A DNA stretch of 64,000 bases from a virus (IMGVR_UViG_3300036781_000813:2095-66094); one strand, 5' to 3'; counted from the stretch's first letter, positions 17,209 to 27,170 are shown. Notes: generated from the sequence alone by a model not told the origin. Translations and numbers: made by a program.

Positions 17209-19838
17209 TAGACGATGCCGTAGTTGGCGGCGTTGGCGGTGCGGAAGCGATCGAGGCGGGCGTCGAGATCGCGGGCCAGTCCTTCGCCGTCAGTGGCCTG
17301 CGTATTGATGGTGCCGATATGCGTCGTCGACGTGTGGGTCACCGTCGAATTCGAGCGGCTGTTATCGTTGTTGTATGTTTCCGCCGCATTGGCCGGCGCG
17401 CCCTGCGTCAGGTTGAGGACGCTGGGAGGGGCCTTCTGAGCCAACCGGGAGAAGACATCGTCGGGCACCTTAAGCGATTCATAGATGCCGCGGGCAAGTG
17501 CCGCGCGGTTGCGTGCGGCTTCCGCCTTGATGGCTTCGGTCGTGCCGGGCCGCTCAAATTCGCGAGATACGACGGCTCCGGATGTGCCCTCGTCCTTGGC
17601 CCGCGCGAGGCTCCTGCCCGCGTCCCTCTCGGTGTTGCGCAGCTCCCAATCGACGAACTTCAATTGTTCGTCGCGGGTCGACTCCCGGATGCCGTGGCCG
17701 AATACCTTGCGGAAATTGGCCTGCCGGTCCTTATGCCACTGGGCCAGCCCGTATGCCTCACCGCCGTCGCCGACCGCCTTGAAGTCATTCTTGCCGTACG
17801 AGCCGCTTTCGGCCCGGAGGTTGGCAACGATGCCGGCGGCCTGCTCGCGCGTCCAGCCCATGCCTTCGAACTTCTCGACGTCCTCCCGATTGCGGCGCGC
17901 CGATTCCTTGTCGCTCAGCTGGACCGGGCCGTCTCGCCCCTCGCCGGGCCGGGGGGCGCCGTCTTCATTGCCGCCCCTCTCCTCACCCCGCTCGGCATTA
18001 CCGCCGCGCCCTTCGCCATGCCCCTGCGGGTGGCCAGCTCGGTCTTCGTCGCCACCGAAGATGGTCGCGACCCTGCCCATGACCGTGGTCAGGGCAGACA
18101 TGCCGGGCACGAGGCTGCGCAAGATGCTGTGTCCCAACTCTTCCAGGGAGAAGCGCGTGCGGTTCTCGTTCGCGGCCTGATCCTTCAGCGCCCCTGAAAG
18201 CATCATCGCGGCTGAATTGAACAGTTCAGCGGATGCAGCGAGTGTGGTCGAAAGGCGGACTACATTTGATTTCGCCAGATCATGGTTGGGAATGACGTTG
18301 CCCGAGGAACCGAAGTTGACGACCTCGGGACCCTTCTCGCCGACCAGGTATGACTTGCCAGCCTGCACTGGTCCGCCCGCAGCACGGGCGCCCGCAAGTT
18401 CAATGATGTGCGCCGACGGCCGCGCGCCATCACCGGTCGGCTTATTCGAGAAGACCTTCGTCGGGATGTCATCGCCAGCGGATGATAGCTTCTCGGACTC
18501 GGCCGGCGGCTCGCTACTCGGCTTCGCATTGAAAATGCCGTTCCAGAGCTTGGAGGCGAAGTCGTCGATGATCTTCTTGTTACGATCATAGGCGTCGCTA
18601 GGCGTGACTTTCTCGCCCGGCTTCGCATCCCATGCCACACCTTCCTGAAGCGGCAGCGGCGGCAGCTTTCGCCCCTTGGTCATCTGCTCGTTACGCCACC
18701 TGTCAATAGCGAGCGGCGAATAGCCGGAGACATTTGCCGGATCAGTCGGGTCCGTCGTCCGGGGCGCCTTCCCGACGGCCCACTCTCTCGCCGCCTTACG
18801 GGCCACACCGATCGCAGCAACCGCGCCAAGGGCTGTAGTTGCCGCGACTAGCCCCATAATCGCAGCGGCCAGCGTGGAGATGCCGGCTGTCAGTCCGATC
18901 ACGGCATTGAGACCCGCGATCAGGGGCGCGAACGACAGACCCAGCAGGGCCAGACTGAGGGCGCCGATAGCGGCGGTGAGAACGCCAACAGCAATCTTCA
19001 ATGCCGTGGGGTGGGATTGGAACCAGATCGCCAACTCGCGCAGCTTCTTGAGAAGGAAAATCAGTGCCGGTGTGAGCGATGTGCTGATAGTTCGGCCGAG
19101 CGTGTCGAGCGTGTCGCCGAGATTCGAAAAGGCCTCCTGGCGAGCCTGCGCGGCGGCAGCATCTTCGGGCGTCACGACGCCGGATTTCGCGGCCTCGGCA
19201 AGCTGCTTTTGAAGTGCAGCCTTGCCCTGCATGATTAGGCGAGCCGTGTTGTCGTCGACGCCGACCCCGCGCAGAAATTCCAACTTCTGCGGTGCCGACA
19301 TCTTTCGCTTTTCCATGACATCGGCCAGCTCTGTATAGAGCTGGGTCATCGATTTCATTTTACCGCCAGCATCGACGATATCGACGCCAAGGGCGCGCAG
19401 GTAAGCAATCGCAGGCGGCGCCTGCCCGGTCAGCTTGAACTTCTCGAAATCCGAGACGAGCTTAGCGTAGCTGTCGACGGCACCGTTGGCATCGCCGCTG
19501 AATGCCTTCATGGCGTGCTGCCACAGCGAGATTTCGCCGGTATTGGAGTTGATCGACTTCGCCATGCGGCCGATGGCGCTGTCCGCGCTGGTGATCGTCT
19601 TGATGAAGTCGGAGACGCCTTTGCCGGCAGTGAATGCCGTGAAGAGACCGAGAAGCTGATTGCGGATTTGCCCGAAGAATTCGCCGGCCTTCTTGCCCTG
19701 AGCCTGCATCTCCTTGGCGACGCCGGTCGCCTTTTCCTTTGTCTTGTCCAACCCCACCGAGGCGCGCTTCGCCCCCTCGGTCAGCCCCGTGGTGTCCAAG
19801 CCGATCGTCACCAAAAGTGCATCAACGATCGTCGGAAT
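17208..19838 (-). CDS. Tape measure protein with a phage tail lysozyme domain (probable ATT start)
   Basis: Long Ala/Lys-rich helical ORF with QAAGIVANLRAESG...GDGGEAYGLAQW. AAGGAG RBS lies 7 nt before ATT-CCG-ACG-ATC. Confidence 0.85.
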   Translation of the reverse strand: MPTIVDALLVTIGLDTTGLTEGAKRASVGLDKTKEKATGVAKEMQAQGKKAGEFFGQIRNQLLGLFTAFTAGKGVSDFIKTITSADSAIGRMAKSINSNTGEISLWQHAMKAFSGDANGAVDSYAKLVSDFEKFKLTGQAPPAIAYLRALGVDIVDAGGKMKSMTQLYTELADVMEKRKMSAPQKLEFLRGVGVDDNTARLIMQGKAALQKQLAEAAKSGVVTPEDAAAAQARQEAFSNLGDTLDTLGRTISTSLTPALIFLLKKLRELAIWFQSHPTALKIAVGVLTAAIGALSLALLGLSFAPLIAGLNAVIGLTAGISTLAAAIMGLVAATTALGAVAAIGVARKAAREWAVGKAPRTTDPTDPANVSGYSPLAIDRWRNEQMTKGRKLPPLPLQEGVAWDAKPGEKVTPSDAYDRNKKIIDDFASKLWNGIFNAKPSSEPPAESEKLSSAGDDIPTKVFSNKPTGDGARPSAHIIELAGARAAGGPVQAGKSYLVGEKGPEVVNFGSSGNVIPNHDLAKSNVVRLSTTLAASAELFNSAAMMLSGALKDQAANENRTRFSLEELGHSILRSLVPGMSALTTVMGRVATIFGGDEDRAGHPQGHGEGRGGNAERGEERGGNEDGAPRPGEGRDGPVQLSDKESARRNREDVEKFEGMGWTREQAAGIVANLRAESGSYGKNDFKAVGDGGEAYGLAQWHKDRQANFRKVFGHGIRESTRDEQLKFVDWELRNTERDAGRSLARAKDEGTSGAVVSREFERPGTTEAIKAEAARNRAALARGIYESLKVPDDVFSRLAQKAPPSVLNLTQGAPANAAETYNNDNSRSNSTVTHTSTTHIGTINTQATDGEGLARDLDARLDRFRTANAANYGIV

Positions 19839-19839
19839 C

Positions 19840-20085
19840 TCAAGTCTCCTTGCGCTTGTGCTGGCTCAAGAGCCGCTGATTGAACCTGTCCACGCGAATG
19901 ATCTCCAAGAGGTCATAGACGTCTTTGAGGCCGTACACGGTCTTGCACTCGTGCAGCGTCGCGCGCTTCGCAGACAGGACAGTCGCTATGGATTCTGGGA
20001 GGTTGGGATAATCAATGAGGTCCGCGGCGTCCTCGTCTCCGATGGGTCCTTCATCATCGAGAGGGCGCCGCTCAAAGAAAAACCC
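19840..20085 (-). CDS. -1 frameshift extension of the tail assembly chaperone (gpGT-like)
   Basis: Slippery site G-GGT-TTT at 20079-20085. The -1 frame is open to TGA19840: DYPNLP...ATLHECKTVYGLKDVYDLLEII. Confidence 0.8.
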   Translation of the reverse strand, partial: GFFFERRPLDDEGPIGDEDAADLIDYPNLPESIATVLSAKRATLHECKTVYGLKDVYDLLEIIRVDRFNQRLLSQHKRKET

Positions 20086-20513
20086 GTGTGGAGCGAAAGG
20101 AACTCCGCGCGCAGTCGAAGGACGGTCTTCAGCTCCTGAATTTCGTCCGGAAGCAACTTGTGCCTGATCTCCAGTTTCGCTGGATCAGGCACAAAGTAGA
20201 CAGCCTTCAGCATCTGATCGAGCAGAGGCTTGGCGCGATCGTATTCGAGACCGGCGAACAGCTTGATGCCGAGAACGGCAACTAGGGCCATGCCCTTCTT
20301 GGCGATGGCTTCGTCGGTCCAGTCGAGTTGCTTCAGTGCATCGAGGTCCTCATTCTGCAATTCCCCACCGGACCGCAGGACGGCGAGAACGGCGCGCATC
20401 GCCCATTCCTCGGCCGCCATCGCGGATAGCTCCTCGATGAGGTATGTCTTGCCCTTGTCGCGGCCCTCGTCCTGAATCGTGACGAGCACTTGCCGCCGTG
20501 ATGCTTCCATCAT
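19986..20513 (-). CDS. Tail assembly chaperone (gpG-like)
   Basis: GRDKGKTYLIEELSAMAAEEWAMRA, located between the tube and tape measure genes. Confidence 0.8.
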   Translation of the reverse strand: MMEASRRQVLVTIQDEGRDKGKTYLIEELSAMAAEEWAMRAVLAVLRSGGELQNEDLDALKQLDWTDEAIAKKGMALVAVLGIKLFAGLEYDRAKPLLDQMLKAVYFVPDPAKLEIRHKLLPDEIQELKTVLRLRAEFLSLHTGFSLSGALSMMKDPSETRTPRTSLIIPTSQNP

Positions 20514-20547
20514 GGTTACTCACCCACTGCCAGAGGAGTATGAAAAA

Positions 20548-20982
20548 TCAGATCGGCGTCGGGACGACGCGCTCCCAAGTGATGCCGTACTTGCGAGGCT
20601 TCAGGATCTTCCCGGCGTTCGGGATCGGCGGGTAGCTGGAGAGCGCGCCGCCGGTCATCACCCACTTCTTGTTGATCGCGGGATAGATGATGACGCCCTG
20701 CGCGAAGAACTGGTCGCCAACGGCATCCTGAGCCTGCTTCCAGGCATCGAAGAAGTCGTTGCTGGGCGAGTTCGCCTGCAGGTTGATGCCCTGCTTGATC
20801 GGGACGAAGACGTAGCCGGCCGACATGCGGCCATCGACGCCCATCTCGACCTCGGTGGGCTCGACGGTGTCGGTGTCAAAGATGTCGTCGACCGCAAATT
20901 CGCTGATCGCCTGCGGGACCGGAACGACCCCGACAACGGCAAGCGTGAGCTGGATATTCGAGGCGGTAAGTGACCGTGCCAT
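20548..20982 (-). CDS. Tail tube protein
   Basis: EMGVDGRMSAGYV...LQANSPS, directly after the sheath gene. Confidence 0.8.
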   Translation of the reverse strand: MARSLTASNIQLTLAVVGVVPVPQAISEFAVDDIFDTDTVEPTEVEMGVDGRMSAGYVFVPIKQGINLQANSPSNDFFDAWKQAQDAVGDQFFAQGVIIYPAINKKWVMTGGALSSYPPIPNAGKILKPRKYGITWERVVPTPI

Positions 20983-21000
20983 GGGGCGAGCGCTCCTTCG

Positions 21001-22500
21001 TTACTGCACGTTGATGCTGGTGATCTGGAGCTTCTGCACACTCTGGCCATCGCAGTACCAAAGCGTGATCGGGGGAGAGCCGCGCTGGACGCGAACCGAA
21101 GCCGCAGCCGGCAAGACCTGCAGATACCAGCCAGTGTTGAACAACGTGTCGTCGATCTTCACGCCAGCCGCGTTGTTGACTGCGGAGATCTGCGATTGCG
21201 AGAGATCCGTGCCGGGGCGGATCGTGCCGAAATTGAGGGCCGCCAAGATCGGATCGCGAAGCGCCATCTCGATCTGGCTGTAGCCAGCCCGGTTGTACGG
21301 GATCGACTTCGTGTTGAAGAGCAGGTTCATCCCGGCGTTCTGGAGCCCCGAGTTGAGCGAGATCTGGTTGAGGTAGCTGTCGGCCCACAGGAAGTTGCCG
21401 GAGATCGTCCCGTTAGCGAGGCCGATGAACTGCGCGTTCGCCGTCGCCCACGCGCCATAGAAGTTGTAGCCATTTGCCAGCAGATTGTTCGCTGTGGTTT
21501 CGTCGGTCACATCGAACACGAGCCCACTTTGCTGCCTGAACTTGAGCGTGGCGCGGCCATTGAGTTCGTTGAAGTCAACCGACCCCGCCCAACCACAGAC
21601 GAAGGCCGCCTTGGTGTAGTCCGGGGACCACACCAGAACCGTCCCTGAGAGATCGGCGTCGGCCAGCAGTACGCCGAGGCTCGAGGACGCCGGAACGGTG
21701 ACAGTCGGTGCGGCATCGTTGTCCCAGCAGGCATAGATGAACTCGTCATCGGTCCCGCCGACCCACTCGGCGAACAGCAGCTTGTTGGCGTTGCCGCTGT
21801 TGTCGGGGTTGAAGATCGTCATGAACGTCGCCCAGTTTCGAGTGACGGACGTGACGCCGTTCATGAAGGCCGACGGGCTAGCCGCATCGGCGCCCTGCGA
21901 GAGCACGGCACCGGTGGCCTGCGTCAGGTTGATGCCGGTGTAGAGGGTGCTGGTACCGGTCGCGTACTCGATGGTCGCGCTGGCGCCGGTCTCCGTCGTC
22001 GTGAAGACGAAGGCGTTCTGGACGGTGTCGAAGGTGACCGCGAAGGACGGGTCGGTAAACGCGGTCTGGATGATGGTCGCCGCGTTGCTGAAAGACGTCG
22101 CGCTGCTCAGGTTGACCGACGCGGAGGTCAGCGAACCATCCTGCGTGACGATGGTGATCGTACCGGTCAGCGCCTTGACCTGCGCCAGCGTGAGGCCGAG
22201 CCGGCCACCGCGGAGATAGGCCGAGACGTCGGTGGTGTTGTACTGCGCGAACAGGACCGACGCCGGCAGCACGTTGCTGTTCGTGAAGCCGTTGAAGTAG
22301 ATGTTGGCGGCCTTGTACTCGTCCGACGACGCGCCGAAGTATGCCGCCACATCGTTGGCATTTGCGAAGGGCTGCACGGCGCCAATCGGAACCTTGGCCG
22401 AGGTCGTCAGCATGAGGCCGATGGTCTCGACGGCCGAGCCGCCGGCGTTGAGCACGTTCGGCTGGACGCTGACGATGTCTTTTGCCGGGATGGTCGTCAT
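21001..22500 (-). CDS. Tail sheath protein (DUF3383-like)
   Basis: IVSVQPNVL...YFGASSDEY...GYNFYGAWAT...RGSPPITLWYCDGQSVQ. Confidence 0.9.
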   Translation of the reverse strand: MTTIPAKDIVSVQPNVLNAGGSAVETIGLMLTTSAKVPIGAVQPFANANDVAAYFGASSDEYKAANIYFNGFTNSNVLPASVLFAQYNTTDVSAYLRGGRLGLTLAQVKALTGTITIVTQDGSLTSASVNLSSATSFSNAATIIQTAFTDPSFAVTFDTVQNAFVFTTTETGASATIEYATGTSTLYTGINLTQATGAVLSQGADAASPSAFMNGVTSVTRNWATFMTIFNPDNSGNANKLLFAEWVGGTDDEFIYACWDNDAAPTVTVPASSSLGVLLADADLSGTVLVWSPDYTKAAFVCGWAGSVDFNELNGRATLKFRQQSGLVFDVTDETTANNLLANGYNFYGAWATANAQFIGLANGTISGNFLWADSYLNQISLNSGLQNAGMNLLFNTKSIPYNRAGYSQIEMALRDPILAALNFGTIRPGTDLSQSQISAVNNAAGVKIDDTLFNTGWYLQVLPAAASVRVQRGSPPITLWYCDGQSVQKLQITSINVQ

Positions 22501-22527
22501 GTAGGGGGTGCTCCTTGAGGGCGGACG

Positions 22528-23304
22528 TCAGTTCGGCGGGTAGACGACGTCGACGTTGATGAGGCCAGTCGCGATCTCGGTGGCGAACTGCAGGGGCAGC
22601 GTCGCCGTGAAATCGACCTGCGCGCGGGCATCGACGACCCAGCGGTATTCGACTTGCTGCTGGTCGTTGGCGAAGGGGATTTGCTTGGGATCGTCGGCGT
22701 AAAGCGGCGAGATCAAGTACGGCAGGTTGAGCGCTTCGAAGGCCTGGACGCCGGCGTCGTCACGCAACAGCGTCGAGAGGGTGATTGCGTTCTGCATCGA
22801 CGCCGGGCCGTGGACATCGATCTGGAGGTGGAACTCGGTCGGCTGCGTCAGGGTCTCGTAGCCCGCCGCCATGTTCTCTGAGGCGACGGCCTGGGCGTTG
22901 CTGACGATGTAGGCCCCGATGCCGCCCGGCGTTCCGGACGACTGCGACAGGATCACGGTGTTGGCCGAGACGCCCTGCCCCCACACTGTATTTCCGGCCT
23001 TGAGCGCACCCGGGAAGTTCGGAGAACCGGCCGCCGGGATCGCGGTGACCGTCATCGTCGACGTGACGGTGTCAGCGATCGGCGCCATGGAGGCGGTGAA
23101 GTAACAGTCAAAGAATTCGTCGAGGTTGGTCGCGAGGCGCGGCGCGAGGATTGGCGTCATCACGACGTAGTTCGGGGCCTTGGGCGACGGGACCCGGTTG
23201 ACCTGTCCTTTGACAACCTCGACCGAGGGATCGAGCCAGCCGAGCAGGACTGTCCTGAACGCCGCCAGGACCTGGTCCATGGTCGGCGTGATCGTGACCG
23301 GCAT
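22528..23304 (-). CDS. Tail completion or terminator protein
   Basis: GQVNRVP...QIDVHGP...PLYADDPKQIPF...EYRW, just upstream of the sheath gene. Confidence 0.75.
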   Translation of the reverse strand: MPVTITPTMDQVLAAFRTVLLGWLDPSVEVVKGQVNRVPSPKAPNYVVMTPILAPRLATNLDEFFDCYFTASMAPIADTVTSTMTVTAIPAAGSPNFPGALKAGNTVWGQGVSANTVILSQSSGTPGGIGAYIVSNAQAVASENMAAGYETLTQPTEFHLQIDVHGPASMQNAITLSTLLRDDAGVQAFEALNLPYLISPLYADDPKQIPFANDQQQVEYRWVVDARAQVDFTATLPLQFATEIATGLINVDVVYPPN

Positions 23305-23308
23305 CGCC

Positions 23309-23611
23309 CTACTGCTGGCGGTACCAGATCGTGCCGCTCAACTGCACGTCGGCGGCAAGGGTGAGCACGAAGTCCTCGCCCTCGGGGACGTACCAATAGG
23401 CCGGATCGTCGAGCAGGAGGCCCTTGCGGTATTCCGTCAGGGTCATCGCACCAGTGAGCGTGGTTTCGCCCGCCTTGAGTTCCAGCGTGCCGGACGTGGC
23501 CAGAAAGAGGTCCAGCCCGTAGATGGCGATCTTCTTGCCCTCGACGCCCGCGATGGCGACGTTGTCGCCGGTGCTGTCGAAGCTGACCGGGATGACGGCG
23601 TTATAAGCCAT
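23309..23611 (-). CDS. Hypothetical virion protein
   Basis: Beta-rich 100-aa ORF with a GGAG RBS in the neck cluster. Confidence 0.65.
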   Translation of the reverse strand: MAYNAVIPVSFDSTGDNVAIAGVEGKKIAIYGLDLFLATSGTLELKAGETTLTGAMTLTEYRKGLLLDDPAYWYVPEGEDFVLTLAADVQLSGTIWYRQQ

Positions 23612-23614
23612 GCG

Positions 23615-23992
23615 CTAGCTCCCATTCTGGAGGGTGACCGCCACCGAGCACCAGTCCTGCGCCCACTGCTCCATCGGCTGGGAAACCAGCCAGACGTTGT
23701 TCTGTGGGTCGGTGATGATGTCGCCGCCCTTGAGCTGCGAGCGGACGACGCCGTCGCTCTCGCCGAAGAGGTAGACCTTGGTGCGATTCCGTTGCTGGTC
23801 GACGGCATCGACCATCTTGAGGTCGTCGGACGTCATCGGCTGGAAGCGGGCCAGCACCGTCACCGGTGCCGCGTAGGCTGGCACCTGCGCGCCGGCCGCA
23901 TCGTAGGTGTAGCCGGTAGAGGCCTTGTAGAGGCAAGAGATACGCGGGTTGACGGCATCGATATTGCCGGCAACGAACCCGTGGAGGTTCAT
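23615..23992 (-). CDS. Head-tail joining (head closure) protein
   Basis: MNLHGFVAGNIDAVNP...KGGD...WLV...EQW...W. Confidence 0.75.
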   Translation of the reverse strand: MNLHGFVAGNIDAVNPRISCLYKASTGYTYDAAGAQVPAYAAPVTVLARFQPMTSDDLKMVDAVDQQRNRTKVYLFGESDGVVRSQLKGGDIITDPQNNVWLVSQPMEQWAQDWCSVAVTLQNGS

Positions 23993-24507
23993 CAGGCGGG
24001 CGTGCCGGCCTTCAGGACGCCGTAGCTGACAACAATGGTGCCGTTGAAGGCCTGCGTGGCGTGGATGTTCTTCACGATGAACACGACGGTCTGGTCGGTG
24101 ACCGTGGTCGTGACGATCTGCGGGAGGCCCTGCGTCGAGTCGCCGAGCGCAACGCTCGGCAGGACGATGTCACCCGCCGCAACCTTCGAATTGGTCAGCG
24201 TCATCGTGTACAGGCTGCCGGCCGTCGTGGTCAGTGCTTCCGATGTCAGGACACCCGAGGACTTGTTGAGCGTGACAGCGCCGGCGGTCGCCGCGGCGGT
24301 CTTGGTGCCGGTGTCGAGCTCCAATTCCTCGGCGACGACCGGGCCCGGGGTCGGATCGCTCGCCAAGATGCCCTCGATGGCGCTGGCAAGGGCGGCCTGA
24401 TCGGTCGAATTGGCCCCGGTGATCATCGCCGTCATGGTCGGCGCGGCGATATCGAGACCGCCGACAAGTTGGTCGATCGTCACGTTCGGGGTGGTGATTG
24501 CGGTCAT
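23992..24507 (-). CDS. Hypothetical virion decoration protein
   Basis: Thr/Ala-rich, AVTLNKSSGVLTS...TLTNSKVAAGD. Confidence 0.65.
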   Translation of the reverse strand: MTAITTPNVTIDQLVGGLDIAAPTMTAMITGANSTDQAALASAIEGILASDPTPGPVVAEELELDTGTKTAAATAGAVTLNKSSGVLTSEALTTTAGSLYTMTLTNSKVAAGDIVLPSVALGDSTQGLPQIVTTTVTDQTVVFIVKNIHATQAFNGTIVVSYGVLKAGTPA

Positions 24508-24517
24508 GCGATATCTC

Positions 24518-25060
24518 CTATTCGACCTCGACGCCGACGCTGTTCAGCATCGTGCTCGTATCGATCAATGGCTTCGTAGGCGCGCCGTAATTCGTCTTGC
24601 CCGCCGCGACGCGGGCCGCGGCCTCGCCGACGGTCTTTCCGCTGACTGTCAGGCCGGGATCGTTCAGGCGCATGCCGCGCAGCATCACGGTCACATCGCT
24701 GAGTGGGGGCGCCATCGTATCGATGATGGACTTCTGGATGTCTTCCTTGGCGCCCTGCCCGACCAACTCCATGGCGGTCTTGGCGTCGTAGTCGGTGCGC
24801 TTCAGGGCGGTGGCGATGTTCTTGGCCCACGCATCGGCGCGGGCGTTGATGGCCTGGCGGAAGAACGGACGCGGTGGGATGTTCCGCTTCGGCGCGCCGT
24901 ACTCCTGTATGGCGGCGATCATGGGGACTGAGGTGCCGTCGGCTTCGGTCGCGCCCTGGAAGAAGCCGACCTTGGCGACCGCGCCCTTGCCGACGGCGTC
25001 AGCGATGCGTTGCAGGGCGGCCTTGGCCTTGTCGCCGCCTTTGACTTCGAAGGCGCCCAT
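24518..25060 (-). CDS. Neck or morphogenesis protein
   Basis: AAIQEYGAP...IPPRPFFR...KPLIDTSTMLNSV. Confidence 0.8.
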   Translation of the reverse strand: MGAFEVKGGDKAKAALQRIADAVGKGAVAKVGFFQGATEADGTSVPMIAAIQEYGAPKRNIPPRPFFRQAINARADAWAKNIATALKRTDYDAKTAMELVGQGAKEDIQKSIIDTMAPPLSDVTVMLRGMRLNDPGLTVSGKTVGEAAARVAAGKTNYGAPTKPLIDTSTMLNSVGVEVE

Positions 25061-25530
25061 CAGATGCCCCACTCGTTGAACGGGATGCCCGCAGGTGCCG
25101 CCGGGCCGGAACCAACCGAGTAGACGCCGCCGAGCTCGTAGCCGCGGACCATGCTGGCGAACAGCATGCCGTAGCGCGTCTGCACCAGGTTGGCGGTCGT
25201 GATGCCGAGCGTCGGGGCCATGCCGAGATCGGTCTGGACGGTGACGCTGCCCTGGGTCGCGCTCGAGATGCGGCCGACGGGGTTGTTGGGATCCTGTGTC
25301 GTGCCCCGGTTGGCCGAGCCCTGTGCTTGCGCATTCAGGGCGGCCACATGCGAGGTCAGCAGGTTGAGGTACAGCCCTTGCGAGCTATCCGGATTCGGCG
25401 ACGAGCCGTCGTTCCGCCAATACTGGCACGCCATCGAGAAGTAGAAGTTGGCCAGCGCCTCCGGAACCGCGGTGAACTCGGGGAAAACCGTCTTCCACGC
25501 GGTCCAATCGAAAGCGTACGGCTTGGCCAA
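25060..25530 (-). CDS. Head-tail connector (DUF4054-like)
   Basis: FPEF...LLTSHVAAL...VGRISSATQGSVTV...QTRYG. Confidence 0.82.
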   Translation of the reverse strand: MAKPYAFDWTAWKTVFPEFTAVPEALANFYFSMACQYWRNDGSSPNPDSSQGLYLNLLTSHVAALNAQAQGSANRGTTQDPNNPVGRISSATQGSVTVQTDLGMAPTLGITTANLVQTRYGMLFASMVRGYELGGVYSVGSGPAAPAGIPFNEWGI

Positions 25531-25532
25531 GG

Positions 25533-26051
25533 TCAGTCCTTGGTGGCGGTGGCCAGGCCGCGCGGCATACGCGGATCGCCGTCCGGGTTCAGCGGCTCGA
25601 GGTTGGTGACGCGCTTCTCGTTCTCACGAGCAATCGCCTCGGCCTCGGCCATGTTGCGAGCGGCGAAGACTAGCTTGTTGCGGATGAAGGGCTGGTCCTG
25701 GTTGGCTTCTTCCCAGTTCTCGTAGGCGTCGCGCGGGATGCCCTCAGTGAAGCAGTAGCCGTACAGGATACGGCGGCCATCGCTGATCGGCCCGCGGCCG
25801 GCGCCGCGAAGCTGGGCGTTGCCAAGGGCGACATAGGTGTTCGGCAAGCGCTCGGCGCGCTTCACTTCCTGGCTCGGAGAGTTGGGCCGCTGCTCCATGA
25901 TGGAGACCATCCGGTCGTTGTGGATCCGGAGGGCCATCGGGAGCTTGTTCGCCACGACGACCTTGTCGCCGGCGGAGGATGGCGCCTTGGGCGCGCCTTG
26001 AGCGAGGGTCGCGGCATTGGGAGCCGCGGCCTGAGTCGGTTGCACTGCCAT
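25533..26051 (-). CDS. Hypothetical protein after the capsid gene
   Basis: VVVANKLP...YGYCFTEGIP...NLEPLNP, conserved position. Confidence 0.7.
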   Translation of the reverse strand: MAVQPTQAAAPNAATLAQGAPKAPSSAGDKVVVANKLPMALRIHNDRMVSIMEQRPNSPSQEVKRAERLPNTYVALGNAQLRGAGRGPISDGRRILYGYCFTEGIPRDAYENWEEANQDQPFIRNKLVFAARNMAEAEAIARENEKRVTNLEPLNPDGDPRMPRGLATATKD

Positions 26052-26066
26052 GATCAACCTCTTGGT

Positions 26067-27170
26067 TTAGACGCCGAGCATCTGCGCTACGCCGACAGGC
26101 ATGCGCCAAATTGCACCCCAAGCACCGCTCATCTGCTTCTGCTGGAAGGCGGAGGCGAGACGGACGATCGGGAAGGTGCGCAGCTTCTCGGTGTAGGCTG
26201 CGAAAACGGTCTTCTGACCCTCGATGCTGTCGGCCTTGATCTGGATCATGTTGCCGGCAGGGTTGCCCTGGGTGTTGGTCGTGGTCTGGGCACCGAACTG
26301 CGGGATCACAACGATACGCAGGTTCGGGAAGTTCTTCTTCAGCAGGTCCTCGACCGAGATGCCGAAGGCGTTGGTGAAGGCCAGCGCCATATGGGATGCC
26401 GGCGAGATGCCCATGGTCATCTTGGTCTGCGCGTTGACCAGACCGTTGTTGGCGTTCACCAGCGAGGTCACGACGGCGAGGATGTCGTTGTAGACCTCGT
26501 TCGCGGTCGCGTTCGGGGTGCCGCCGTTGGTGAACCACGCCGTGCCACCGGCCGCCTTGCTGGCCGGGGTCAGCGCCGCCGGCAACAGCGGATCGTTCAC
26601 GGCGCCGTAGTTCACCAGGCTGGAGACGCCGTAGGTGTAGATCAGGTTCGTGAAGTTGTTGAGCTGGTACGCCGCCGAGCGGTCGAGCTGTTCGGCCCAG
26701 TTCAGCTTGGCGAGACCGGCGCGTGCCAGTTCGCGATCGCCGTACTGCACGAAGGTCTGGAAGTGGTAGGACTGCCACTGCGGCCAGTTGAAGTTGGCGC
26801 GCGACATGCCATTGTTCGACCAGTCGTCGTAGGACGAGACCTCGCCGGTGAACTCGACCACCGGGAAGGCGGCGGTGTCGTCGACCCAGGTGCCCTGCTT
26901 CTCCTCGCCGAGGTAATCGGCAAGGGCGAGCGGGGCGAACAGGATGTCGTAGAAGTCGGGGCTGACGTAGGTCGTCAGCATCGACAGGATCGCCGAGTTG
27001 GGATCAGTCGCCAGGTTCGGCAGCGCGTCCATGGCGATGTCCGACATGGGGCGGCTGTCGCGGGCGAGGTCCGGCGGCAGGAATGAATTCACCCCGTAGA
27101 GGTGAACGCCGCGGTCCTCGAACCACTGCCGGCGTGCGCCAAAGGCGGTGATTGCCTCAGAGCGGTTCAT
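26067..27170 (-). CDS. Major capsid protein (DUF2184-like)
   Basis: EEKQGTW...FPVVEFTGEVSSYDDW...YGAVNDP...TEKLR...QKQMSGAWG. Confidence 0.88.
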   Translation of the reverse strand: MNRSEAITAFGARRQWFEDRGVHLYGVNSFLPPDLARDSRPMSDIAMDALPNLATDPNSAILSMLTTYVSPDFYDILFAPLALADYLGEEKQGTWVDDTAAFPVVEFTGEVSSYDDWSNNGMSRANFNWPQWQSYHFQTFVQYGDRELARAGLAKLNWAEQLDRSAAYQLNNFTNLIYTYGVSSLVNYGAVNDPLLPAALTPASKAAGGTAWFTNGGTPNATANEVYNDILAVVTSLVNANNGLVNAQTKMTMGISPASHMALAFTNAFGISVEDLLKKNFPNLRIVVIPQFGAQTTTNTQGNPAGNMIQIKADSIEGQKTVFAAYTEKLRTFPIVRLASAFQQKQMSGAWGAIWRMPVGVAQMLGV

